From NCBI RefSeq assembly GCF_032444005.1, contig NC_091282.1, forward strand, positions 1,153,324,001-1,153,388,000: a stretch of 64,000 nt of DNA, in the 5' to 3' direction. Source of the stretch: Ranitomeya imitator. Taxonomy: Eukaryota. The notes below the pieces were generated by a model. The model did no database searches and was not told the DNA's origin. It was given only the letters and a program-made list of their open reading frames with translations. Below, piece after piece: positions 11,867 to 25,865 of the stretch (position 1 is its first letter; each line of letters begins with the position of its first letter). The position numbers and the translations under genes were made by a program.

Positions 11867-13648
11867 AGATGGTGGCCCGATTCTAACGCATCGAGTATTC
11901 TAGAATATGTATGTCCATGTAGTATATTGCCCAACGACGTAGTATATTACCCAGCCACGTAGTATATTGCCCGGCCACGTAGTATATTGCCCAGCGACGT
12001 AGTATATTGCCCAGCCACATAGTATATTGCCCAGTCATGTAGTATATTGTCCAGCCACATAGTATATTGCCCAGTCACATAGAATATTGCCCAGAAACGT
12101 AGTATATTGCCCAGCCACGTAGTATATTTCCCAGCCACGTACTTCACGTAGTATATTGCCCAGTCACATAGTATATTGCCCAGTCATGTAGTATATTGTC
12201 CAGCCACATAGTATATTGCCCAGTCACATAGAATATTGCCCAGAAACGTAGTATATTGCCCAGCCACGTAGTATATTTCCCAGCCACGTACTTCACATAG
12301 AATATTGCCCAGTCACATAGTATATTGCCCAGCTATGTAGTATATTGCCCAGCTTGCCCAGTCACATAGTATATTGGCCAGCGACATAGTATATTGCCCA
12401 GCCACGTAGTATACAGCACAGAGTCATGTAGTATGCAGCACAGAACCACGTAGTATATTGCCCAGCCACGTAGTATACGGCACAGAGTCACGTAGTATAC
12501 AGCACAGAGCCACGTAGTATACAGCACAGAGTCACATAGTATACAGCACAGAGCCACGTAGTATACAGCACAGAGCCACGTAGTATACAGCACAGAGCCA
12601 CATAGTATACAGCAAAGAGCCACGTAGTATACAGCACAGAGCCACATAGTATACAGCACAGAGCCACATAGTATACAGCACAGAGCCATGTAGTATACTG
12701 CCCAGTCACGTAGTATATAGCACAGAATCATGTAGTATACAGCACAGAGCCATGTAGTATATTGCCCAGTCACGTAGTATACAGCCAAGAGCCACTTAGT
12801 ATATTGCCCAACCATGTAGTATATTGCCCAGCGACGTAGTATACAGCACAGAGCCATGTAATATACAGCACAAAGTCACATAGTATACAGCACAGAGCCA
12901 CATAGTATACAGCACAGAGCCACGTAGTATACTGCCCAGTCACGTAGTTTACAGCACAGTCACATAGTATATTGGCCAGTCACGTAGTATGCACCATATC
13001 CCTGTTAAAAAAAAGAATTAAAATAAAAAATAGTTACATACTCACCTCCTGGAGCCTCTGAATCGGAGCGTCAGGTTCCCGATGCTTGTCACGCGCTCCG
13101 GTCTGAAGATTGCTTTGCAGTCTCGTGAGATGATGAAGTATTCGTCTCGTGAAACTATACGTCATCATCTCGTGAGACCGCAATGCATGCAGCGGTCACC
13201 GGGGCGTCGTGCGGAGCGGGAAAGGCCGGTTCCTGATCCGGGGGGACAACTGGAGGGTGAGTATGTAACTATTTTTTTTTTTTTTTAATTATTTTTGGCA
13301 TTAGATATTTTTACTATTCATGCTGCATAGGCAGCAGGAATAGTAAAAAGTTGGTCACACAGGGTTAATAGCAGCGTTAACCGAGTGCGTTACACCGCGG
13401 TCAACGCTGCCATTAGCCCTGTGTGAGCGCTGACCGGAGGGGAGTATGCGGACGCCGGGCACTGACTGCGGTGAGGAAGGAGCGGCCATTTTCTTCCGGA
13501 CTGTGGCCGTCACTGATTGTTCGCGGCAGCCATGACAGGCAGCTGCCGAGACCAATCAGCAAATGAATAACCGTGACAGAAAGAAAGAAAGAATGAAAGA
13601 AAGAAAGAAGGACATATGGAAGTCACCCTTAGACAATTATTTAGTAGA
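11865..13648 (-). mobile_element. Non-autonomous Helitron
   Basis: Minus-strand 5' end A|TCTACTAAATAATTGTC; 3' hairpin CTCGAT-GCGTTAGA-ATCGGG followed by ...CATCTTG|T (CTAG variant); no TSD; inserted at the end of a (TA)n tract. Confidence 0.7.
11915..12995. repeat. Minisatellite: 20-nt GTAGTATATTGCCCAGCCAC switching to 22-nt GTAGTATACAGCACAGAGCCAC
   Basis: Read directly; lies inside the Helitron. Confidence 0.95.
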
Positions 13649-14619
13649 TATATAACAGTTTCTATTTTACCAGCCCATCAAAGTGACATTTATAAAATTC
13701 ATTGAGTCTATAATAATTTTTATTTCAACTTGTTGTTTGATTTGTCTTGAGGTGGCCATGCACATTCAAACACTGTCTGGCAGAATGCACTGGCCCTCCC
13801 ACAAATAAATGCATATAGTGGATGGCAAAAACTAGGATATGAAATATAAAGTGTGCTACAAAGGGTAAGTATATTCCTGTTAATCATATTTCAAGTAGAA
13901 TCCATCAAGTCGGGATGTGGGGATGCTCAACTTTAGTGTTGCGCAGGTATAGCCTACACATGAATGTATATAAAGACTCTAGCCAGAGTTTTTTTTCCAT
14001 TGACATTCCATTGATTCCATTGACATAATCAGTTTACACTGTACCAAAGGACGAACTTAGAAAGAATTTACGCTTTCCAGGTGCAACTTCTGAAGACAAT
14101 TCATTTATAAAAAATTGCAAATTTACAAAGTTCTCGGGATGTTCCCTATTGTCCCCGATTATGCTAGGATGGTCAATGGTGAGAAGGCAGTTGCAGGATC
14201 TTGGAACTCCAAGCTGTACTGTACACCCAGTGTGTTCAGCTTAACCTGGCAAAGTATTAGATGATGGCCGCATCAATGCATGGTTAAAGTACTTTAAAAC
14301 GGCAAGATGCAGAAAGCAACCTTGACTATGATGACTAACATAGGTGCAAAACTAAAGTACTCTTAAAAAGTTTGGATACAGCTGTGTATGTAATGGTTTT
14401 GTTTGCTATTATTGGAATGTGCATAGCAAAGGGGAACAGGGAAAAGAAAACTTTGCTCACTAAAATATACCTGAGACCGTCCGTGCCTAGAGATCAACGG
14501 CTGACTACCACATGTGTGCAAATAGAAGACTTCCGGCACAGGAATCCTTTTTCAGTAAAAAATCTTTCTTCATTTAAACATCTTCAGCGATAAAAACATC
14601 ATGGGGACCCCTCCCATAG

Positions 14620-14665
14620 GCCTTATGCATTTCGGACCCAGTAAAAACAGTCTTTCCTCAAAGGC
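14620..14665 (-). ncRNA. Degenerate minimal type I hammerhead ribozyme motif
   Basis: Minus strand GCCT-TTGAGGA-AA-GAC(12 nt)GTC-CGAAA-TGCAT-A-AGGC: stem I GCCT/AGGC, stem II GAC/GTC, palindromic stem III ATGCAT; core starts with U instead of C. Confidence 0.55.
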
Positions 14666-15039
14666 ATATAAACATAGAGTGAACAGTTCCTTATATCTAT
14701 CACAACAGCACATGTAATTGATTAGAAAGGACTACCTCCCAAATTAACCCCATATCGACCAGAGGGAAATTAGTCGTTCATATACATAAGATCACAATAT
14801 CATGAAAATGCATTTTATAATAAGTATATTCATATTTAACACATGCATATGTTGTGTGAAGACATTTCATATGAACAGGATTAGTTGAAAACCTGTTTTC
14901 GCAAATTAGCAACCCACATGTTGAAAAAAAAAAGGAGTGATATTTTTACACCGAATGGTAATGGTACACAAGACATTCATCATAAGGACAAAAAAAAGTA
15001 AGATGTAAGCTGAATACTACAAAGATACGGCAGAGCGGT

Positions 15040-15380
15040 CTGATAAAAATATAGAAGATCACCTTTATAATTAAGGCCTTCTGGAAAATGTGCGTTCAAA
15101 GCGAATATCCAATATGCCTCCCGACAATGGAGTGCATGCTCCAAGTCACCCCTTCTGATTGATCTAGTTACTCTCTCAATTCCTTTAACATTTAAACTCT
15201 GCATATTGCCTTTGTCTGTTTCCAAAAAATGTTTAGACAACCCCGAAATATTTCTACGGCTTGCAGCAGTTCCAGAATTTGCGGCAGTAATGTGCTCGCT
15301 TATCTTTTTCTTAAGACTCCTTGTAGGGCAGCCTATAAAATACTTATTGCATGCCACACACATTGCCATATAATACTCAC
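15040..15380 (-). pseudogene. Penelope GIY-YIG endonuclease domain
   Basis: CVACNKYFIGCPTRSLKKKISEH...KHF...KGIERV...REAYWIFALNAHFPEGLN matches the GIY-YIG/CCHH pattern of Penelope elements. Confidence 0.85.
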
Positions 15381-15724
15381 AGTATGTAGCAGTTGTTTGG
15401 TGTCTCTAATATGTCCTATTGTTTGCAAAACCAAAGGCTGCAACTTTTTGTCAATCCATTCAGATAATCTTTCATTAACTCCTCCGATTCTGGCCACAAT
15501 TGGCCTGAAACAGAGGAAGAAATATTTCTTTGTGTGTTTTGTGCAAAGCGTGGAACACTGGACAAACCAGTGTTTCCACATACAAAAATTCTGACATGCG
15601 TTTATTAAAAACGCACATTGAAATGCGCACATTGCTGATTCCGACTGAAGGCAGCAAAACCATGAAGAAACACACATCAAAAAAGGAGTAACGAAATGTG
15701 TGAAACAAACCAGAATGTTTGTTA

Positions 15725-16790
15725 ATCCTTAGAATTCTCAAAATACCCTATTTTTACTCTGATGACCATGTTACAACTTTGATAGTCTCTCAAGCAGCTT
15801 CATCAGGTAAGCACCTAGAATGGCTTTTTTATGTAAAGGTTAGTCAATCAGCAAAATTGTGAGGATCTTCAAGTTATTGTTAAGTGCAGTTATAAAGATC
15901 ATCAATGTCTATGAAGAAACGGGTTCTCATCAGAAGCAACACAGGCAAGATAGACCCTATCGTCTGCTGTGAAGGATAAGTTAATCAGAGTTACCAGCCT
16001 CAGAAATTGCAAAAAGTCAGCATCTCAAATAAAAGCCCTTATAAATGATTCACCGACTTAGAGTACCAGACATCTCAACTTCAACTGTCCAGATGAATAT
16101 ACGAGAAACCGGCCTTTAAGGTCAAATTGCTACAAAGGCGGCACTTCTCAAGGCTGCAAGCATGAATTAGAGACTTATTTGAGTCAAGCAACATAACACC
16201 TATATATTAGATCAGTGGAAATGTGTCTCGTGGTCTGACTAGCCAAAATTTGGAATGTTTGGTATCAACCACCATGACTTTGTGATTTGAAAAAAAGAGC
16301 AGATGGTTTTTATATGTGTGTTTCCCAACTGTGAAGCATAGAGGGTGAGGTGTTATGATGGGGGTGCTTTTCTGGTGATACTGCAAGTGATTTATTCCAA
16401 CTTCAAGGCCCACTTTACCAGTATGGCTACTACAGCATTTGGTAACAGAATTACCTTGACATCTGATTTGAACTTATTGGGATCATCATTTGTGCTATAA
16501 CAGAACAATGACCTAAAATATTCATCCATGCTATGTAAGGGTGTAAGGGCAATGTAACAAATAAAGAGAGGGAAAGAGTGCTGCATCAGAAAACATAGCC
16601 CACATAATCTCCTGACCCCAATCCAATTTAAATGGGTTAGGATAAATTGGACAACAGAGTAAAGGTGAAACAGCCAACAAGTACTGAGCGACTCTGGGAA
16701 CTCCTTCAAAACAGTTGGAAAACCAATCCAGGTGACTTTTTGAGAGAATACCAAGGAAGTGTAAAGAGGTGCTTCATGATGCGTCAAATC
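15725..16790 (+). mobile_element. Old, degenerate Tc1 element
   Basis: Decayed homology to the Tc1 at 40115..41687 (ITR remnant; LDQWKCVSWSD, PTVKH, WELLQNSWKT remnants); many stops. Confidence 0.75.
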
Positions 16791-17725
16791 AAAAGAAAAA
16801 CGTGTTTCTCGATTGGACTGTCGCTTGTTAGAAAATGTACTCAACTATTGTTGCTGTGAGGTTCACAAAGAGGATTCTATGTGTGTAATTGACAAAAGAC
16901 TTGGTCAAAGTATAAAACTTGATTTTGATTGCAAAAATGACGCTAAAGAGCATAGAACATGCAATAACTTTTATATATTTATTTGTAAATCGCTTGATTT
17001 ATTTTACTGACATCTGTCCGTATACCTGTCCAATGTCTTCTTTTGTAAAATGGCTTATTTTGTGAATAGAATTGAAGTATTTTTTGCTTTAATGACACAT
17101 TGAAACCCAGTGCAATTGATTGCTATATTGTTTAAAATATATCAGCCGACTAACTTTCCAAATTAAAAAAGATACATTCTGATGGAAATATTTGTCTGGA
17201 CAATATATAACTTCTTCACAGAAACTTAGCTTCTTTATAATATACATCACAAAGTGTTTGTGAGATGTACAAGAAAGAATATCTTTCCTTTTTAAGTCTC
17301 TAAAAACGTTGAGTTTTTTGATCGATGACCTATCTTTTGGACAAGCCATTGATATATGATCAATGTGAGTGAGACCCCTAAAGTGCTAGAGAACTGTAGC
17401 CTCTTTTTGATTTGTTCAACCACAGATCCTTTATTGTCAATCTTTGTATGGTTTAAGTTGAAAATCTCAGAATTTCCCTTTAAAGGTTATTATAGGCAAT
17501 TGCCTAAAGAGTTATTGTCCAATAATCAGAATTTTTCTCTTTAGCAGGAAAGGTCACCCATCTTCATATGGGAATTGCTATTTATACAATGAATTGTATC
17601 TTAAATATATTCTTAGAGTTAAATGTGTCATAAAATACACATAATATGCTGTAATTAATAATTGTGGCAGCATTCATCCCATTAAGTCTTATCCAGACAA
17701 TAGTTTTTATGTTGCTTCTTTTCAG

Positions 17726-17861
17726 TGGAAATAATTATGGAGATAAGAAGCCAGCACGGCTTCAAATATATTTATTATTCTTCATTTTTTGCAGAAACTG
17801 CATTCCTAGCTTATGTTTGCACGGCTCTAAAATTCATAGGAATGGTTCATTATTATTCAAA
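17726..17861 (+). CDS. Candidate host exon (EIIMEIRSQHGFKYIYYSSFFAETAFLAYVCTALKFIGMVHYYS; phase 1 to phase 2)
   Basis: Acceptor gttgcttcttttcAG, donor AAA|GTAAGA, 136 bp, two open frames. Protein not recognised. Confidence 0.4.
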
Positions 17862-18254
17862 GTAAGAAAACGAGAATGCAAAAAATATTGACATTTGAAT
17901 TTGTTTGTTACATCTGTTTTAGGAGGTAAAATCGTTTTTCAAAAGATCAAAAAGATCAAGTGAGTTGATGAGATACAATGAAGTTACTGGGCATGATACA
18001 TTATTGAAACCTAGAACCTTCAAGGCATATAAAAAAACATGATCATTATTTATGCCATGGACATCTGGCACAGACAATGCGTGAAGAAGCTTTTAACATT
18101 TACTTTACAATATGATTAGTAATAGAGCTGGTGTACAAATTATAGGGGCAGCTGTGAGTTCTTTGAGGAGAGAAAAGAAAATCATGTAAGCTCTCAGGCA
18201 CTACATTTTACTAAATGGGTACGAGGTTAGGAATTGGAATCTTCATGAAATAGG

Positions 18255-18746
18255 TGTCATGATCCGTTCTGGAGTTTAGTCTTGTCTGCTCTTTCTCTGG
18301 GTGGATCATGTCAAGGGTTAACTCTGCCTCATTCTGGGCTCAGGTTTGCTATTTAGCTTCCAGGTATCCAGAGGGTGTTGTCAGCTATAGCTCTGTCTTT
18401 GGCGTGTGAACCTGACTGTGGAAGCCCTTGATTTGTCCTACTGTGAACCCTGACTTGTCCTGTGTCTGTTATCTCCTCCTGCCTGCCCTTTCTCAGTGTC
18501 TCTTTGTTTGTCTGTATATCTGCTTGACTCCCTGGTTCTGAACTCTTGGCTTGGCTTTTTGACACCGTTTCAGTTTGTCCCTATTGAACCGTATTTTGCC
18601 CGTCCTGGTTTACTGATCCCTTGCTATGTCCTGACTATCCATTCTGTCTAAATCCTTTTGTACTGTTGTGCTCTGACTTGGTTTTCCTGACCTCGCTCTC
18701 GCCACTAGGTGGAAGTTGCGCTGTACTGCACTGCAGCTGCATGACA
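18255..18746. mobile_element. Solo-LTR-like element
   Basis: TGTCATG...CATGACA termini; flanks ATAGG / ATAGA (5-bp TSD with one mismatch); strong strand asymmetry. Confidence 0.55.
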
Positions 18747-21700
18747 ATAGAGTTGGAGGGTTAATAAACAGTGGTCTTTCTGATCTGGGTGACCAAAGCC
18801 ACTGCAATAAATGGTGGTTTAATTTCATATTAACTACTTTATTGAGCTCCTTCAGTGTAAATGTGAGAATGGAGAAGTGGAGAGTTTTTATTAAAATACT
18901 TATCCAAAGTGACCCAATGGAAATGTTTTATGTAAAATGTTAGTTTTCCTTTGGAACGTTGGACTACTGGAACACTTACATATACTTCAAATGTGAAATT
19001 ATGACTTAATTTGATATATGATAGATCAAAATTAGATAGAGTCAAGAAGATTAAAATTTGAAATGACTTTTAGTACAATGTTTTAATAGAATTAGCCCTC
19101 ATAAAAATTTTCACTTTAATAGCAGCATAGATATTTTCCTATAGCTGATGCCAGAGCTAGTAAAAGCACAAGATAAAATGTCCAGCACATTCCATTTCTA
19201 AATTAGAAGACTTTTTATACTGGATTATAGCGTTGGGAAGCCACAACTTTGGTTCCCTTTTCTTTCAGAAAAAAATCACTCCTCTTCTTACCAGTAAGCT
19301 AGTAAAAAAAGGTCATGTTTCCCTGCCCTAGACCTCATTTTATAGCATATACCTACAAAGTAAAAGTCCTCATAACATACTTAGAGTGCAGACTGAGTGG
19401 TCTGAGGAAAAGAATCACAAAATCCACAAATTGCATCTGATTATAGGATTGCACTTGACCATTCATGGCTATGGGTCTGTGGAAAAAAATTGGACCGCAA
19501 TCCGATGACATCTGACTTAGGTTCGATTTTCACGAACTGACAGAATGGAGAAGATGGAGATATTTTTTTTATTCTCCACATGCGAGAAAATCAGATCACA
19601 CTGTGATCAAACTCTGATCAGATTCTATTTAGCATAACCGGACTGTTTTTCTCAGATGAGAGCTAACCGTTGGTGTGACCCTAGCCTTAACGTGATTCAT
19701 TAAATGAAAATGCGCCTGATTGCCCTTAATTTTTCTAAAAGTGCCAATTTCACAGAACATTTACCTGCCAGCTTTCCGCCTAATTTAAATGGAACCTCCA
19801 TGTACCCAGAAACTAAATTTGAGAACATTGTAACTGTAGTATAACCTTTATACCATAGTGTTTCAGAGACAGCTTTTTTACTAATTCTTATTTACTCACA
19901 CGTAGAGACGCACGGCTATTTGTAGTTGCAGAGAAGAGGTGCCATAATCACACCAGTCTGTCTATTAACCAAGGAGAAGGGGCACCTGCGAAAACTTTTC
20001 AAGTTCCTCCACTCATAAAATAGCACTCTTTGGAAGCGATGAGCTCAATATTAGAAAGAACCGTGTGACTATCTAATTGCGAAGCACATTCCTCCGTATC
20101 TTTACCCAACTATACATATATCTTCTTTTATACTGTTTTCTTCATGTATAAAACATACAATGTTTCATGAACAATAGCAATATATTATTAGTTTTTCAAT
20201 TCCTATATTTAAATAGTTTTTGAGAAGCAGTCGAGCCTAAGTACACTAATGGTTAACTGGTAAAACAACAGCATGATAGGGCCCTGTCTAAATGTTTAGC
20301 ACCTGTGGCAAGGTACCAAATCTCTGCCAGCCTCTCTAATTAACTGTTCTGGGAAGTAGCAGTCATCAAAGTGAATTAAATCCACAAGAGACAGAGCAGC
20401 CTTGGATCTCACCACAGAGACAGTAAAGCAGGTGACACAGGAATTTGTTCAATTTTCTGTACATCTGTTCAACCTCCCACTACTTCATGGTACAATGAAG
20501 CAAACAGCATTCAATTTCTGGACTGAATCGGGCTGAGATACTAATAAAACATAAATGGAAAGAAATACCAGGCTGCTGTTCTTGTTTTTAGGTATACCTG
20601 ACACATTTCAGATATTTGTTACATTTGTTCAAAGTTGTTTTTCACTACTTAAAAGCAGTACAACATATTCTTAAATGCGAAACCTAAATACATATATATA
20701 CCTCTTTGCTACATAACACTGCAATAGTAATAGCAAGCCAGAATGTTTTTGTCAATGCAAATTAATCCAGATTGTTACGAAAAAATATTAAACCACTTGA
20801 GCAAAAAATATAGCTACTTATAAGGGGCCTCGCTCATCAAGAATTGCATAATTCATGCTCATCTAGAAGAGTACATGGGCTGGAGTCAGATGCTCCCGAT
20901 TTGTGAAGAGGTGTATGCCCCTTCATAAATCAGGAGTGCCGAATGAATGGCGTCCACTTCTGTGTGTGCTTTGCCACAAATATTACTCCAACCCCTACTA
21001 GAATATGATTTGTTACATGGAAAACTGCACAACTTGTCATGAATTTGATGAGCAGTGGTCACCATGCCCACGTCCTGCTCCAGCTCGGAACAATTTTTTC
21101 GGTTGTATGAGGAAATGGCGTGAAAATGCTAAAATTAAGGTGCAACTTCAAATTCTGTTGTGACTTTTCAAAGCTTTTACACCAGAATTTTGGCATAGAA
21201 GTTTTGATGCATCAGGTCCTTAAAGTTTCTCCGAAGCCAAAGTGAGAATTTTAATGTTTAATCCTATACACTGTCCAACACCAAAGTTATCATAGCTGGA
21301 AGTTGTTTCCAAGTTTATGATAGAAAGGGGTTAAATGGATGTTAGATGTTAAATGGATTGTTCATCAATTTTTTGTAAATTCCATAAAAATGAATGAAAA
21401 AGATTGTGTAGCTCTGATCTTGAGCTACTAGTAGGAATTGCATCTGTTGGATATTTGTCTCATTTAGTATTGATATACCGTGAATGTCCCAGATTGGATC
21501 ATTTCTTTACGTTGGCCATGCATATAAAATAAGTCTCATCCAAACACAGATTCAGCCAACAATTATTTCTTCCATTTGCATTTTTACCGCAGATGGCGCT
21601 GAAGAGAACACATATGGCAGTGCTTATCTTTTGGAAGATTAGGTCATTCTTAGGAAGATATACAGTAAACTCTCAATGACACAATCGGAGAAGTGGAGGC

Positions 21701-23718
21701 TAAGCAGATGTTTAAAGTCTCTTTAGCCTTTATATCATCATAGATGTTTTTACAGCAGTACTCTTCCCAGATCATGATCACCGGCAAAATATTGTCAAAG
21801 TAAATAAATAAATGAATAAATAATAAACTCTCCTACAAATAGGTAAATGCAATACGTAATCTAAGATGCAAAAATGAGGCTGATGAGTAGTCAGAAGAAA
21901 GTAACATAAACAGTGATATCAAAGAGTAGAGAGGAAACAGTCATCAACATACCGATGGGTAATGATTTTAAAATAAACAGGTTAGCTGTCACAACCTGGG
22001 ATAACCTCAAAAACGTCAACCACCTAAGCAGCAGTAAGTAAGCAACAGGTACATTAAGAAATATAAGTTATCCGTGGTAGAATCCGGCATAAAGAGACAC
22101 AAATACATCCAGGTAATGGGTATCAGGACATACAATGATAAGCACAGGACAACCCAGGAGGCAGATGAGTATAAGGCATATTGAAACTGCCAATGCTGAT
22201 ACTTATTTAACCCAAGAGAAGCTACCCAGAAAGAGTCAGGTTAACCTATGCATGTTGTATGGGAGAGAAGGTCAGTCTACATAAGATCTAAAATTGATTT
22301 GCCTAAAAACTAATGTGAAAATAATCTGAGCCTACAAGGCTGAGTCTACTAAGACTTCACAACTCTAAGATGCATCTACCAAAAAAGACAATTCAACTGC
22401 TGACCAAACGGGCAAATGTGAAGTGTTATACAGTTAGGTTAATGAGACTCAGAAACAGAAAGTGTCATGCTAGTAAGATAATTAGATTGGAAAGGAAAGC
22501 AACATCACCTATGATTTACTAGGTGGAAGAAAGGGTTGATATAGAAGATGACGATGACAGTGATCAAAAAACCCATATCAAATGTTGTAAGCCATTTATA
22601 ACTTATCTCACACATCCATTGTGTTTAGCGGCCCCACAGTGGTTTAGCTAGAGGGTTAGTTATCTGAACTTGTTGTGCAAATATATATTACATTTTTGCC
22701 CTATTCTTTTCTGGAAATTAAAAAAAATACAAATGCTAATGTTACCAATATATTTTAATAGGGAAAGAATGATGGACATTGAATGAACACTGTTCACACT
22801 TGGCTTTCCTATCTCATGTCATGCTTGCTATTTTCAAAAGAGATCTTGTTAAAATGGGCACCAAGAACACAGCCTTAAATATTCTGAATAATATGTATTT
22901 AGTGGCTTTACTCTTGTAGTAAGTTACACTATGCACTTATATGTTTCTGCTGTCCATTTTTATAAATGTGTCACTCGAAATGAATGAATGAATGAATAGT
23001 ATGGCTGTGTAATCATATTCTTCACCAATGTCAAATGTCTGCTATGGTGAAAGATTTTCTCTAAAACAGTGAAACTTCCAACAGAACACCAGAGTAAAGG
23101 CTCAACTCTTCTCTAACATTATTGTCTACATATGCAGGAACATTGTGATGTGATGTACAAAGAAGGAGGCTAATAATCAGCTAAGAACCCACGGAACCGA
23201 CAATATTTCGGTTGTATTGACCTTAAGAGAGTAAGTCAACCCAGATATCAAAAAATAATTGTAAATGGAGAAGAAGGAAATTCTATAGAAAAAGTGAAGA
23301 TAACTTTAAAATGATACTTGCTAAACATTCACACAGTATTTGTGTTGCCATTGAGGATCATGTTTTATGAGGCATGAATCAAGAAAAATGGATATTTCAT
23401 ATCATTAAGGTTATTGTTGAAATACAGGAACTGCAACAAGCTGTGTAGATGAAGAAATGAGTCTTAATATATTTCCTGGGATGTTGACATCCTGAACATC
23501 TGAGTAATGACAACTGATGGAGCTTTCATTATGGAGTCTGAATAGCATGAAATGTATTGTAAAGACTGGTGGGAGGAAATGGGAAGCACATAGAAAAAAG
23601 AAATAACCATTTCTCGGTCACTTTTTGGCAGATGCCACAGTTTGGCTGTTACTTGCATTTTAATGGGAGAATCTAATAAAAAAAATAATTACAAAAATTA
23701 TGTATATTTATATGTGCA

Positions 23719-23719
<1 letters not shown>

Positions 23720-23756
<37 letters not shown>
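23720..23756. repeat. (TA)n microsatellite
   Basis: Read directly. Confidence 0.95.
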
Positions 23757-23758
<2 letters not shown>

Positions 23759-24859
23759 TTATGATAATCAACAAAACTTTTAGAGTAATCATAGAAGAAG
23801 GATGTTTTGCCAAGGACAGCTGGCAATCCATTTGTTCAGCCTGGTCGAACTTCATATTTTTAAAGAACTTCACTTCTTTTCAACATAGACAATATTGGAT
23901 AATTATAATGATAAATATGATTTCTCATAATTATATTCATTCTTGAAACTTCCTTTTCTCCTGTTTGGAAAAAATAGAACATTACTAACTGCCAATCAGC
24001 TCAAACTTTCATTAGTTTTTATATCACAGCAATGTCCCACTGGAACAACAGAAAATTGTTAGTTTCCATAGAAACAATATAAAAAGGGAGCAAGTAACTT
24101 TTTTTCTGTGGTTTCAGGATTTTTTTAAAGCTTTCCCTACTTAATAATAATAGTCTTCTTAGTTATGGGCTGTACCAATCACGACTGCCCTTGACCTCTA
24201 TTAAATGCATTTCCTTTGACTCAACTCTAACTACAATTGACAGGCAATTATCTGGTGGTGGTGCCGGCAACCACGGGGACTACCACTTAATTAACTTTTT
24301 TTTTACCTTCTACTATCCTCACCATTATCCTAAATTACAATGCCAATTAATTTTCAAACATGAAGAGCCTCTCAACGATAAGATGCTTTTGAAATGCCAT
24401 ACAGATGTGTGAAGTGAATGTCAGAAGATTTGCTGAACTTTGATTATGACACAGGGCTTATGTGACGGTCAAATTGCCATTCGGCACAAGTGCCATGTCA
24501 AGTACACTATATTCATTAATTAATAAAACACTAATGGGTCAAAATGAGACTTGATTTTCAAGGATGATAATGATACCAAATGATGTAAAATTGACTTGCA
24601 TTATGCCTTTTCATTAAAGTTGGTCAAGAGGTCACTTGCAACATGGACAAAGTAAAACCCAAAACAGTTATGCACATTAATGTATTTTCTACTTAAAGAA
24701 GCACTCCCATCAAATGTTTTATCCTCTTAATATATTTCAGTCATCATTTTATAAAGCACTCTCCACTTACAATTGCTCATTTTGCCTTTTTACCCACCAA
24801 ATTCTTCTTGTTTCTCTGCTCCATGCAGATACAGGAAGTCTCTTGTTCCTGCATTTATT

Positions 24860-25125
24860 ATTATTATTATACATTTTTATAGCACCATTTATTCCATGGC
24901 ACTGTACATGTGAAAAGGGGGCAAATATAGACAAATACAATAAACATGAACAAAAATCAAGGCACTAACAGGTAATAATAATAAATAATAATAATAATAA
25001 TAATAATCTTTATTTTTATATAGCGCTAACATATTCCGCAGCGCTTTACAGTTTGCACACATTATCATCACTGTCCCCGCTGGGGCTCACAATCTAGAAT
25101 CCCTATCAGTATGTCTTTGGAATGT

Positions 25126-25156
<31 letters not shown>

Positions 25157-25865
25157 ACGCAAACACGGAGAGAACATACAAACTCTTTGCAGATGTTGTC
25201 CTGGGTGGGATTAGAACCCAGGACCCCAGCGCTGCAAGGCTGAAGTGCTATCCACTGCGCCACCGTGCTGCCCAACAGTAGGAGGTACAGTAGGAGGGAG
25301 GACCCTGCCCGCGAGGGCTCACAGTCTGCAGGGGATGGGTGAGGATACACTAGGAGTGCGGCAGTTCAGTAGGTTGAGGATCACTGTAGGCTTGTCGGAA
25401 GAGGTGGGTCTTCAGGTTCTTTTTGAAAGTTTCCGTGGTAGGCGAGAGCCTGATGTGTTGGGGTAGTGAGTTTCAGAGTATGGGGGAAGCACGGGAGAAG
25501 TCTTTGATGCAGTTGTGGGAAGAAGAGATAAGAGGAGAGTAGAGAAGGAACCCTTGAGAGGATTGGAGGTTACATATAGGTAAGTACCGGTAGACCATGT
25601 CGCAGATGTATGGAAGAGACAGGTTGTGAATGGCTTTGTATGTCATAGTAAGGGTTTTGAACTGGAGTCTCTGGATGATAGGAAGCCAGTGAAGTGCTTG
25701 GCTTAGGGGAGAGGCTGGGGAATAGCGAGGAGACAGGTAGATTTGTTGGGCAGCAGAGTGTAGGATGGATTGGAGTGGTGCCAGAGTGCTAAAGGGCAGG
25801 CCAGAGAGTAGGAGGTTGCAGTAGTCAAGGCGGGAGATGATAAGGGCGTGCACTTGTGTTTCTAT
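24860..25865 (-). mobile_element. L2 LINE 3' fragment, interrupted by a SINE
   Basis: ORF 25473..25880 has HALIISRLDYCNLLLSGLP...LHWLP...FKTLTMTYKAIH; the 3' UTR resumes beyond the SINE and ends in a (TAA)n tail near 24860. Confidence 0.9.
24976..25273 (-). mobile_element. tRNA-derived SINE (SINE2) with L2-type tail
   Basis: A box TGGCGCAGTGG, B box GGTTCTAATCC, tail GTAAAGCGCTGCGGAATATGTTAGCGCTATATAAAAATAAAG(ATT)n. Confidence 0.92.

Larger units (their letters stand above)
14300..15510 (-). mobile_element. Penelope-like retroelement, internally deleted (left boundary approximate)
   Basis: RT N-terminal motif RPIVARIGGVNERLSEWIDKKLQPLV...IRDTKQLL joined directly to a GIY-YIG endonuclease; hammerhead-like motif downstream. 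Confidence 0.8.

Noticed and set aside
11915-12995. Regularly spaced repeats resembling a CRISPR array, and ORFs 12333..12857 and 12488..12709
   Set aside because: The units are contiguous tandem variants with no unique spacers, there are no cas genes, and the context is vertebrate; the ORFs are repeat translations.
23138-23230. Exon-like segment with branch point CTCTAAC, CAG acceptor and strong AGA|GTAAGT donor
   Set aside because: Stops in all three frames, so not coding; a UTR or poison-exon role cannot be supported without RNA data.
25200-25273. tRNA gene-like A/B boxes (also at 34064-34135)
   Set aside because: No full cloverleaf; the sequence continues into the SINE body and tail.
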